Shown one piece after another: positions 50,583 through 61,693 of a stretch of 64,000 nt of DNA. Each line of letters starts with the position of its first letter. The first letter of the stretch is position 1. The translations under genes and the position numbers were made by a program. The notes under the pieces are model-generated. The model worked only from the letters and a program-made list of their open reading frames with translations, had not been told where the DNA came from and ran no database searches. The stretch is from NCBI GenBank assembly GCA_051294905.1, contig CM119374.1, positions 1,736,001-1,800,000 of the forward strand, written 5' to 3'. This DNA comes from Botryllus schlosseri (taxonomy: Eukaryota).

Positions 50583-53500
50583 GTGAGTAAAGTGTAATGA
50601 ACAGCCTTCGAAAAAAATTGAGTGTAAGTGCATTCGTCTACATTTAGGTAACTCATCTTCGATAATCATCGACGGGTATCGGTACACAAATATTTTGCAG
50701 CAAGATGGATTTCTTCAAGCGTCTGAGTATTGCGATAGGGAAATGGATTCAGGACATTTAGCTCTCATAAAGTCGGACAATGTGTCGCAAGCTGTGAATC
50801 AATTATTAGGGTAATTATTATTAATTATTGGAAGTTGACCTACATTACACGAAAGAAAGATTCATGAACAATTGAACATGATCGCGTCGCCAGGTAATAA
50901 CCGGACATGGGGTAATCGTGATTAGTAATCGTAATCGATTACGACGATTACCGCATTTTCAAATAATGATAATCGCAATCGATTACATTCGAAAAAATTC
51001 CGAAGTAATCGTAATCGTCTACTTTGCATATCTAATCGATTTTTCTGCGAAAGAACGATTCATTTTTATATGTACAAGATAGCTCATCCCGCAACTGACG
51101 CAATCGTCTCCGAATTCAGTTGGGTTGCCGCACTTGGCACCGGTGCGCCCATTTAGGCGGCAAGGTTCTGCAATATTAACTAGATTCCATTTTGGATTCC
51201 ACGTGGGTGAAGACGAGTAGACCACCCTCCCTTTCAATCGTAAACTGCGATCGAATGTTTCGTAGAGTCGAAGGCCCCTGCTCAACTGCTGTTCACTGGG
51301 AAACCGGCACCACTGCGAATTTCAAACCACCATTTGAATATTTGCTACTGCCACTACCGGCGACTCGTCTGGTCCTTGCGGGCACCACGTTTGTGACCCA
51401 CGGTTTATCACATAAATATTTAAAGAACTAAATAAAGAACGAAATAAATAAAACGTTTTTATGGCACTATCAAAAAAGTAGCGTTATCGTTTGAATTCAG
51501 GGGATGCAACGAATCCTTTCGAATCGGTTTGGAGTATGACACCGGTATAAATGGATCCGGATGGTACTGGACTGGTGATGTCGACGACGGATTCGATCGT
51601 CAGCCTTTGCTACAAGATGAATCAAGATGGTTAGAATGACAGCATTATTTATCGGTTCCCGTGTATTTATCCCCAGTATTTGAAAACCTAATTTCTTGAC
51701 CTAAATGAATCACTACTATGAGACTCATATCTTTTACTTGATGCATCGACTTTTATATGCGGAGCATCATTTACCGATCGTGTCTAAGGAAGGTGCGAAC
51801 CCCTCAAACGTCCTGATTCGTGTGAACGCAAAACTTTTTGAAACGTTCAATTCGAACGCGAACCCATGACGTCTAGTAATGGCATATTGGTAATTCCAAA
51901 CCTACATTTCCGCAAAGTAATGTATTGATGTACGTACATTCTACACCAGAGGTGGAAAATACGGCCCGATAGACGATTTCATTCGCCCGCGAAGCAATTT
52001 TGAGTAGATTGAAAAAAGCTTGTTTTATTCAGCCCACATATTGCAACAAATGTTGAGACTAGAAAAGACAGCAAATGCCCCATTATAACCACCCGACTGT
52101 GGTGTAGTTTCACTCTAGTCAGGGCCGAATCAGTACTTCCTGAGCTCCCCCTTCCCCAAAAAAGAAACGTTGGTCTTGCCCCCCTTGAAGATCATACATC
52201 AAATTTTTGGGGCTTTGCCCTCAGACCCCACATCCACCATCACCAGTAAGGCAGGTATAGCGTGCTCTGTCGTTGGCGTGCGTTCTTCTTGGTCCGCGGC
52301 TCGGTGTAGATAACGTTACCACGTCAGCGTAAGTCTTTTATTAAAACGACTCAAAACAACGGCGATGTTCTTCGAACGGTGACTAAAGATCGACTAAAGA
52401 TCGACTGCTCCTCGGACAGTGACTAAAAGGCGATTGCTACAACAGAGTGCAACAAAAGTGGTAGCTTATCATGCGAATCAGCGAGGGTAAGAGTAATCAA
52501 TCGAGGCAATAGGATAATCAATGGGCGGTACGCTACAAGCCCCCCTAGTTGGTAAAAGCTTTAGGATATGATGGACAACAATTCAACTACTAAGTGAAGG
52601 AGTCTATATCAGCACGACACGGTACTGATTACATACTAATTTTCGAATACGAGTACGATTCTAATGGTCAAACGACGAACTTAACTGAGGTGGGTGTCGT
52701 GGTAAAACTATAAACGACAAAATGATGCGTTTAGCGACAACGATGCACTTCGCAATGTGAAAGGTTCAATAATGGACCCATACGAAGAGATTACTAAGCT
52801 TTCAACGTAACTAATACAGGTGATGACGGAAAAGTGATCGAGTATACTAAATACCCATTCTATGGTGACAACACAAACTCATTCAAGTGACGTGTGGTAC
52901 GAATAATAAAACAATACGGCTGCTGGCTTATAAAGATATAAGTCAATCGGTTGAGGTGTCATGCTGGCAGGTATTCGTTCGAAATGTGAAAAAACATTTC
53001 AGTGCAGATCAAAACTTGGTGTGGACAGAATAAACTGGGTCGAGTAATTTACGATGACTATCACCGCAAAATATTTGCGTGTAATTGCATAATCGTTTGG
53101 GACATGTGATTTTCAATTCGAATGAAAGTTATCTGGAATCTGGCCCAACCCAGAGAAGAGCATTTGGATTTACTGGCGTAGCCGATACCACCGGGAATGA
53201 CTACTGAATACTACCAGAAGATAGATTGACTAACTGATGAGGCAACACATTCAAGTGCAATACACCTTACAGCAGGGGTTCTCAACTTCCCTTGTATAAC
53301 GGGCCGCATTTTAACAGCAAAAGACGCTGCGGGCCACAGAACATTATTAGCATGTGTTTGTCGACTACTATTCAATCTAGGCTAGTGTAGCATATTTCCC
53401 AGTCGTATACGGACATTTAGTACATTTTTATGCATTCTAAAGCATTAATGGACACTGGACAGCGTTCGTAAGTTTGTAGTTGCTGTTTTCTTTGTGAGAA

Positions 53501-56500
53501 TATGTATCTTCCTGCGGCGCAAGTAAATCCCGTAATGGAGCGTGAATTGCATTCGTGGCCAAGTCGGTAGATGTACCTTCAAACCCTTCCAACAGAGAAC
53601 CAAACTGTGTTTAAAAGTCACATGTTTAAATGCGTGCGCATATGCCATTATCACTAAATACTATGAGAAGAAGTCTGGCGTTCTGGGCCATTTCTGAGCA
53701 AACCATCAACTCTTCTCCTTTCCTTCCATGGCTGGAGTTCTGTACCATGTTAGAGAGGTCACATTTGTCAAGTTGATGTCTTTCGCTGGTCCCTCCACAG
53801 GTTTGCCCTGCCAGTATTTCGTCTGCAAATATGTCTACTCTGATAAAAGGCACCCTTACAATTAGCTATTATGATTATGCAACGTATGTGGAGTCGGTGG
53901 ATACGTCCAACGCTAGGCTAAAGTAGTCTACATGACATCTAGTTTTAGAACATGCGGCAAAAGATCGACTGACATTGCTGTTACAGTTGAATCAGGCAAG
54001 TGTAGCTTCGAATTTGTGAGGGGTTTGTACCGTCGTCGGCAATTTTAACAATGTCTCGAAATATGGATTGCTGGGCTTGACACGTAGGTAGCAACGATTT
54101 TTTTCTAAGATCAGACGATATGTTTCTAACAAAGGAAATGATTTTTTAAATTGGCAAGGTGCAATCTCGTTAAATACTGATCTTCTTTTCATTCTGCAGG
54201 CGCCATACGGATAGTGGTCATAAGTTAACATGCACAGAATTGCGACTAAAGTTGCTATAATGAAATTATAACGCATCAAGAGGGTTCGCAGTGCAGAACC
54301 TAGCAAGGTTCACTTGCGAAGGCCAACTACGAAGTAGCGTTTCACGATAGCGGAATTCAAGTCTAATTTTAAATGTGGCATTCATAACTAGTACTACAAT
54401 TAAATTCCGATAAGTTACAGCATGAAAATACGCTGCGTTAAGCAAGATAAATTTATTTAAGGGCAACGGTGGAAGGCGAGGGAAGTTATAACAGTAGTGC
54501 TTGTGTCAAACCTCGCGATGGAACTTGGATAGCTGTAAATGACAGCTCATTGGAATATTATATTTGCGAAACAAGTAAATAAATTTGTGTGCATCTAACG
54601 GGCCATGATGACAACTATATTGTTGGTTGTAGACATGCTTGTTTTGCAAACTGCGTCGGAGAAAGTTTATATGAAAGTCGGTGGGGATAACTATCTGGAA
54701 CTCAAGATACGAAGTATCGATGGTCCAGTGCTTATTACTATGTACCAGGACCGAAACTACGATGCTCCGAAACTTAATTTTATTGAGGAAGCAGGATCAG
54801 TAACTTACAAGGTTTATTCATCCTTAGATTCTTCCACAGAGTACGATACCGGATTTTATGAATTTTTCGGAACGCGCGACGACTATATGCGGACCGCGAG
54901 CACATACATTTTCATGCAAGGTAATACTGGCAAATTTAAATTGACTACAAATATCGCATATCTTTCCACAGTTGATCACTGTCTTGTTTGATATAGCTTG
55001 TTTTTGGTCGATACCAAATATTCGCATTGTTTAAAAACAAGTAGTGTTTTACTCCTTTGTATCTGTTGAGGTGGAAGAGCGCCCAAATATACCACAAGCA
55101 TATTCCACAAATGCTATATTTGTTCGTACAAGTGCACTGTCTTTGTACACCAGGGTCTATATCAGTTGTTCTTAACCTTGTCTCCAGCGCTCCCCGGGAG
55201 GCGATTTGGATTTTGAAGGTGGCGGAAACGCTCTGGGGACGAAATGGGGGGCACTGGGCTCAATGGATGGTATGGGGGGCGCTGAAGAAAAAAAGGCCTC
55301 GCACCAGACGGTGTACTATGGACATATGATTATATAGTAGAACAATAGTTCTGTATATTCCTGGGTTGTCATTGCAAACTAACATTCGACCAACTATGTC
55401 AAATTAAAACGTTTTTCGTTGCGCTCATCGCGAAATATTCACCGACTATGTTTCCACGAATACAGTGGTTTATTTTAATTCATGTAAAGTGAATTTTGCG
55501 TACTTATAACACCACTGCCGCGCTAGCTACTCTAAGTCGTTTCGATATCTTTCTATCTTTTCATTGTAACGCAGTTTTTTTTGCTGTTTTGAAATGATGA
55601 AAATATTAATAAACTGATCCTTATACTGATAGCTCGGATCAGTTTTGCACAAAATGTTTTGAACTAGGGATTTTATCCTACAGCGCACTGCGTGTTGAAA
55701 TCGAAATGGCACTGTGGGCTAGAGTTATTATACGTCCTCTTTTAAGAGGATTTGCCCTCTTTTTGACTTTATTGAAAGCGTCCTCGGTGGACGTCCTTTT
55801 GTCCTCTTTTCTGATATTTTTGGTCCAATTTACGACCAAAATCGACTGAGATCAGCACCGAAGTAACGTTCAGGCTGGTATTTTGGGAGCCCAGCCTGAA
55901 AGCCGACCTATTTTTAATCAATCACCTGATAATGTGAAGGATAAAACTGTATTTCGGGCGCCGAGTGACAAAAGTCGACCTTTTTTTAGTCCACCGACTA
56001 CGAAGTGTGAAAAATTTACCCTTTTTTCACGATTTTCCTCCGATTTTGCAAGTCTGAAAATTCTGAAAAGATGTTCTCTTTTCAGATTTCCAAAATATGG
56101 TACCCCTAGTGTAGGCTACTGTACAACTTTTGTACATTAAAGATGTTATGAAGCTTTTTGGCCAAGATAATTAACTAAATATACTTGTATTCGATAGCTA
56201 CAAAATTAAATCGCCAGAATATTTCTTCATCGTATCATATAGGATTCACGCTAAAGTTGAGAGCTTTGTGCAGGACTAACTTTATTGTGAGCAAATCTCT
56301 ACCACATTCTCAGTTGATTTAGTAGTCACCCAAAGCAATAAAACAAAGCCCAATACAATTAACTTCCCCTTGTTGCCAATCGCAGAGGAGAATTCGGGAT
56401 GTGTACTGTACATCAATCTCGAACCAATTGCAATGAGCCCGTAGGCCTTACCCCATGGTTGTTACAACAACCTGGATCCTGAAAAAAAACACATACAATT

Positions 56501-56979
56501 TTACCGTTTATTAGTCGAGTAGTCTAATAGTGAAGTCCCCACCCGAAAGCGGACTTCGACCACTTACCCATTGTTTTTACTAAAGTCCTTATAATAGGGT
56601 GGTGCCAGACTCAGGCAGTTTTTGAAAGGGGGCGCTGGAGAAAAAAAAGGTTAGGAACCTCTGGTTTATATAGAGAGGCATATGTGAAAGAGGCATATGT
56701 TAAATTTGAAATGAATCTTATTTTCAACCGATATGTAGGCTTAATCGATTTGGTTTTTTCATTATTTAGATGTGATATGCCGTCAGTCTCCACATTTTCC
56801 GAACGCTGATATTGGTCCAGGCTGCGTCGGAAATAGTTCTTCTGGTACGTCATGTAATGTTACATGCAATGACGGGTATTATGTGGACGGCATAGCCCGG
56901 GCGACTTGTGTTGACTCCGATCCAAGTAATCTTACCAGTTGTGACGGAGAGTGGGACTACGGGGATACTAAATGTACAC
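50522..56979 (+). CDS. Gene 2 (continues beyond window): secreted/membrane protein, signal peptide-CTLD-unknown module-Sushi; probable tandem paralog of adhesion GPCR gene 1
   Basis: Six phase-compatible, stop-free exons (50522-50582, 50648-50810, 51501-51629, 54462-54574, 54633-54920, 56770-56979). The last is visibly paralogous to 1556-1765. Its GPCR identity is inferred from that paralogy only. Confidence 0.8.
50648..50810 (+). CDS. Gene 2 exon: C-type lectin-like domain, part 1
   Basis: CNSSSIIIDGYRYTNILQQDGFLQASEYCDREMDSGHLALIKSDNVSQAVNQLL (A-x-x-x-C...G-x-LA-x-I); phase 1-2. Confidence 0.85.
51501..51629 (+). CDS. Gene 2 exon: C-type lectin-like domain, part 2
   Basis: GCNESFRIGLEYDTGINGSGWYWTGDVDDGFDRQPLLQDESRW (x-I-G-L...W-x-W); phase 2-2. 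Confidence 0.82.
53273..54150. mobile_element. Inverted, partly decayed copy of the 8303-9565 MITE
   Basis: 53273-53420 is the reverse complement of 9420-9565; 53680-53860 matches 9100-9290; right end unresolved. Confidence 0.82.
54462..54574 (+). CDS. Gene 2 exon: C-type lectin-like domain, part 3
   Basis: ATVEGEGSYNSSACVKPRDGTWIAVNDSSLEYYICET (C...G-x-W...ICE); phase 2-1; followed by a 58-bp intron. Confidence 0.85.
54633..54920 (+). CDS. Gene 2 exon: unrecognised 96-aa module
   Basis: ttgtag acceptor, gtaata donor, phase 1-1, 288 nt, open; joins CTLD to Sushi in frame; Cys-free, Tyr/Phe/Gly-rich. Confidence 0.72.
55163..56663. mobile_element. hAT MITE (composite, with nested inserts); family fragment also at about 35645-35772
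   Basis: cagttgttcttaacc..tctccagcgc / gcgctggag..ggttaggaacctctg; TSD gtctatat / gtttatat. Confidence 0.8.
56770..56979 (+). CDS. Gene 2 exon: Sushi/CCP domain paralogous to 1556-1765
   Basis: VICRQSPHFPNADIGPGCVGNSSSGTSCNVTCNDGYYVDGIARATCVDSDPSNLTSCDGEWDYGDTKC; same 210-nt length and phase 1-1. Confidence 0.92.
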
Positions 56980-58049
56980 GTGAGTCCATGCAAATTGTAG
57001 TGGTGTTTCAAACTAGGAACCTTTCACGCACTCTGGTGTTAACGTGAGGTGCGCGTTCGCGTTCGGTGTATGAACCTCACGATTTGGTGTGTCCTCCTTG
57101 GTTGGTCCGTAAGCGCACTAGGTTGCCTTCATCTAATAGGAAATGAAAATTTCATTAGGCAGCAACTACGTGATTCCAGAAGTGGCTGATCCGAAAACGG
57201 ACTAGATTGAGATACGTGATCTGGAAGGTGTCATTACGATGTTACTTAGGACTTTATGTTTTAGGCCCGAGTCAACGCGACTTTGCCTTGCCAACAATAG
57301 ATAGGTTAATGAAAGTATGTAGCCACTAATGAAGTACTTTTACTTCCACTATTTTTGCCTACTTGCACTACCTCCTAAAATAATTTTAGTTTTAGAATAC
57401 TTTTACTTGACAGTAAATTTACGACGTTGCTTCTACGTCTGCTTCAGTATATAGGCGATGAATACTTTGACCACATCTGTATAAGTCATGAACGCCTTTT
57501 AGGTAGGTCATTTACCAATGTGAATAATATTTATATGTGACTTGAGAGTCATTAGGAGTCAGGCGCTGCACCAAATCCCTCCCCGGCATTGTCCTGGGCC
57601 TGATCGGCACGACAGCCAAGTCGTTTTGAAGTCCATGGTCTCGAGCTCAGTGAAGCAAAAATTGACACATCAACAGAGAAGAACCGCAGGTATCCAGAAG
57701 TTAAATATGAAACCCGTCTCCGCTTCGACTTCCACATTTCTCATTTGAATATTTGCTACTGTGGCCGTGTGCGACTCATTTGGTCCTCGCAGGCACCGGG
57801 TTAGTGACCCTTGCACTACAGTAATCAGATTTATGCTGCGCATTTCATCAGTATTTCTATAACAATGCTCGTTGCCTTCGTGGGCCTCACAACATGTATT
57901 CACTGTCCGCATGTAGCCCACGGGCCGCAGTATGCCCACCCGTGCTCTATAATTGGATAATGGAGGTCTTACACAGTGTCGAGTGTGGACCAACACAAAG
58001 TGCTATCGCTGTAGACGTCTTATATTTCCAACTTTCGCATATGAGGATT

Positions 58050-60860
58050 TATTACAGTTATAAACTTTCCTGGGAGCCCAGCCAGCGTTGATAATGGCGC
58101 AATCACTCCTGGGTGCGATGATGGCAGTTCCTATCAGACAACGTGCGAAATAATACGTAATCAAGGCTATTATGTGAGATAAAGTGGAAATGAACTCCAC
58201 ATTGAATATAAATGACCGAGTGAATTTACCTGACCCACAAACTACAAAGAAATTAAAAACTGGTAATGCGGTGTAAAATTTTGACAGAAACCATACTACC
58301 TGCAATAATAAATGAAAAACAAGGGGAAGGCCGCAATGTCCCATAACAACAATCAACAACCTCGTTCATAGTACTGCAGCAGTTATCTCAGAAAGGCACG
58401 GCAAAATATGCCAGCTAGGCAACGTAGAATTGAAAAGAAAATCGTAAAACTAAAGTGTGACCTTGCGATACTTTCAGAACTTTAAAAAGGAAATAAAAAA
58501 CAAAGTAAAAAGAATAGAAATGGAGCACCAAACCCAACTTAAGTCAACAGAAAAAGTGGCAACGTTGCAAGAATAATTAAAATTGAGAATATGCGCCAAA
58601 GCACAAAAGTTGAGACGCTATAAAATATGAGAAACACAATACCGTCAAAACTTGTTACTTGCTCGCAAGCCTGGCCAATTTTCCCAATGATGAAACAGAA
58701 GTCACACCCGAAAATGACTAGCAGTACAATACCAGCCACGGCAGATGTGAAATCATTTTGGAATAAAATAGGGGCAAAATCGCACAACTCCAATGCAAAT
58801 TGGATAAAAACCTCCACACTTACCATCTAGAATCACCAGAACTAGAATGGTCAGAAATCACAAAACAAGAAATCAAGGAGGCTCCAAAAAGTTCAATAAA
58901 TTGGAAAGCATCTGGTTATAACCGGATTCAAAACTCTTTTGCTGAAAAAAAAACTACCAACAACACATAAATGCCTAGCGGCAACCTACAAATGACCAAT
59001 TATCCTCAACCAACTCGCACGAGATCCAAACCTGGTTCACACGAGGAATCACCTATCTTCTTACAAAAAATGAAAACACCAGGGACATAAGAACTACGGG
59101 CTGATAACATGCCTGACAACCATGTACGAAATACTGACAAAAATCTTTGCAAAACGATTCTACAAACACCTAGAAAACCTTCTTCCGCCAGAGAAAAGGG
59201 ATGCAGTGAGGTACTCTTGGCTGTGAGGATCACCTGCTCCTTGACAAAACCATTCTTGAAAACTACAAGAGAATACACACTAACCTCAGCATGGCATGGA
59301 TAAACTACGAAAAATACTTTCGCTTCAGTCCCTCACACATGGATTCTGAAAACAATGCATACGTACACAATGAATCAGATAATCATCAGATGTATTGAGA
59401 ACTCATTGCAAAATTTGCTTTCAAAACTTTAGATTAAACATGACCAAGGTGAAACAGAAACCTGTAAACTTAAGATCCGCAATGACATATTTCAAGGCGA
59501 CTCATTATCGCCACTTTTATTCTGCCTCAGCTTAGCTCCACTCAGTGAGTTGCTAAGGAAAAATAAAATAGGACACGAGATGACAAAGTCAACAAACTCT
59601 GTAGCCAAAAAGATTCATCACCTTCTGTTCATGGATGGTCTGAAACTGTATGCGAAATCCGATGCAGACCTGAATAACCAAATGAAAATTGTACATGAGT
59701 TTTCGGAAGATATGAAAATGAAATTTGACATGGATAAATGCACAAAACTTACCACACGACGTGACAGAGCCACCTGCACTATGTAGGGATCGGTGAATGC
59801 GACAACAATAAACTGACTGAAATGAAATGAAGCCTAGAAAAGAATACAATCGCAGGCTCAAGGCAACACTCAAAACTGAACTCAATTCCAAAAATAAAAT
59901 CAATCCAGTAAGTATTTATGCACTGCCTGTCTTAAGATATAGGTTTGGTGTGGTGAACTGGCGCAAAAATGAAATAAAAAAAATGGACACAAAGACTAGA
60001 AAAGTGGTGAAAATGCTCCACATGCATCAACAAAAATCTGATACACAAAGACTGTGCATTCCCAGAAAAGATGTTGTCGAGGACTACAGGAAATTGAACA
60101 GATTTTCAAAATGGAATTCATTGGCTTGTAACAGTACATCTCAAACAGCGAAAATATCTACTGCAAACTAATTGCAGAGGAAGAGAAACAGCGCACAACT
60201 AAATTTCTGAGCTATCGGCATGACAAGTACGTCATGTGAGTGAACATGGAAACAACTAACCTGTACACTGCAGAAAATACCATAGCCGAGGCCACAACAA
60301 TAACAAAAGCAGCACAACTTCAATACAAAAATGCAACACTTAAAATGAGAGAACCAATATGGGAGTCGATGGCTATTCATGGACAGCACAAGAAGTTAAT
60401 TTCACAGCGCCATGTAGACATGTTCACAGCTTTCTTGGACCTGGCTATCCTGCCCTGGTCTAAAACCGTCAAGTGAAGAATTCACTTCAGCATCACAAGA
60501 CCAATCGCTTCCTACAAAGTACTAGCGCAAACTAATTATGGAGCAGTAAGCCGAAAACTTTACGTCAGTAGTGCAAGTACCCGCTGGTGATGTGGGAATA
60601 TAATAAATAAGCAAAGCAGCATTCTGAGGTGCCTTGTGTGCAAAAAAGCGGCATGTATCGTTTTGTGAAATATAATAAGTAAACCAAACACCGGAAATTC
60701 AGAAAAGCGTGCTGTGGCGCTTCGTGGTACGCGAGTTGTGTATTTCGTTGAACTAATGACTCTGGATATCCATGCATATGGCTGATTTTCCACGTGCGGA
60801 TTTTGAAAACAGGTGTTCGAGCATATTCTGTGCGGCAAATGACTCCGACATCCTGTCGAG
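58050..60860 (+). mobile_element. Decayed R4/Dong-like (restriction-like endonuclease class) non-LTR retrotransposon
   Basis: Fragmented RT: DIFQGDSLSPLLFCLSLAPLSELL, HLLFMDGLKLYA (second catalytic D to G), FSEDMKMKFDMDKC; then LKTELNSKNK...YALPVLRYRFGVVNW...MDTKTRK and ASQDQSLPT; many stops/frameshifts; (CCTA)n tail near 60870-60900. Confidence 0.85.
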
Positions 60861-61459
60861 TTCAATAAAATACCTACCTACCTATCTAACTACCTACCTA
60901 CCAATAAAATGTGATACGGGGAATCAATGTTTCGCAAGCTGTATGTAGGATTAACCATGCACGCGTAAAGATGCGCTGCGCATGCCGTAGATATGATAAA
61001 TCTACAATCGCTCAACACCCAACTGACTTCTGTATGACAATTATACTCTTGGATATACAATCAATGTATTAATTTTCCAATCCGACATCAAGATGATTTT
61101 ATCTCAAGTGAATCCATGTGTTATATTACAAGATATCGTGATGCTGTATTACAGAATGGTATGATGCGATTATCAGCCAATATTTCACAAATTTAATCGT
61201 TTACTCTAATGAAGGGTAAAGGTGAAACAGTGATATTAAGGGTTGAAACCTTGTAACTGATCAGTGATCAGGTGTTTTCCTGTGTCAAAATTGAGTTTCT
61301 GGAAATAGTATCACCTTTGCGTCGCAACATGTCGAACATGCTGTAACTCAACAGAGTCAATTACTGAAATATCAATTGCAACTTACTCGACTAACTCAAA
61401 CAGTGTATGTATGATAAGAAGAAAAGGTTGCATGAGCATAAATCACAGCGTGATATTTT

Positions 61460-61693
61460 GGTAATCAGTTTGTCACAGAGCCAGATTTCACTGGAATGAT
61501 TTAATAAGTAACGAATAACAGAACCGCCACCGGCAGGACTCGAATACCAATTGAATACCAATTGTCCCGGCTTTCCGTTTGTCAAATATAGTGTTTTTAG
61601 TAAATACTGATGTCGCGATATTTTAAACTTTAAAGTATTACTTGTCTATTCGTGAGTTGGTAATCAGTTTGTCACAGAGCTAGATTTCACTTG
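61460..61693 (+). repeat. About 33-bp dispersed direct repeat pair
   Basis: ggtaatcagtttgtcacagagc(c/t)agatttcact at about 61460 and 61660. Confidence 0.85.

Noticed and set aside
52567-52690. Exon-like block GYDGQQFNY*VKESISARHGTDYILIFEYEYDSNGQTTNLTE in a gene 2 intron
   Set aside because: Contains a stop and its phase does not fit the CTLD exons, which already join correctly; too little evidence to call.
55048-55130. Possible extra gene 2 exon (VYSFVSVEVEERPNIPQAYSTNAIFV)
   Set aside because: Acceptor phase is incompatible with the 54920 donor, the donor is weak, and 54920 splices in frame directly to 56770.
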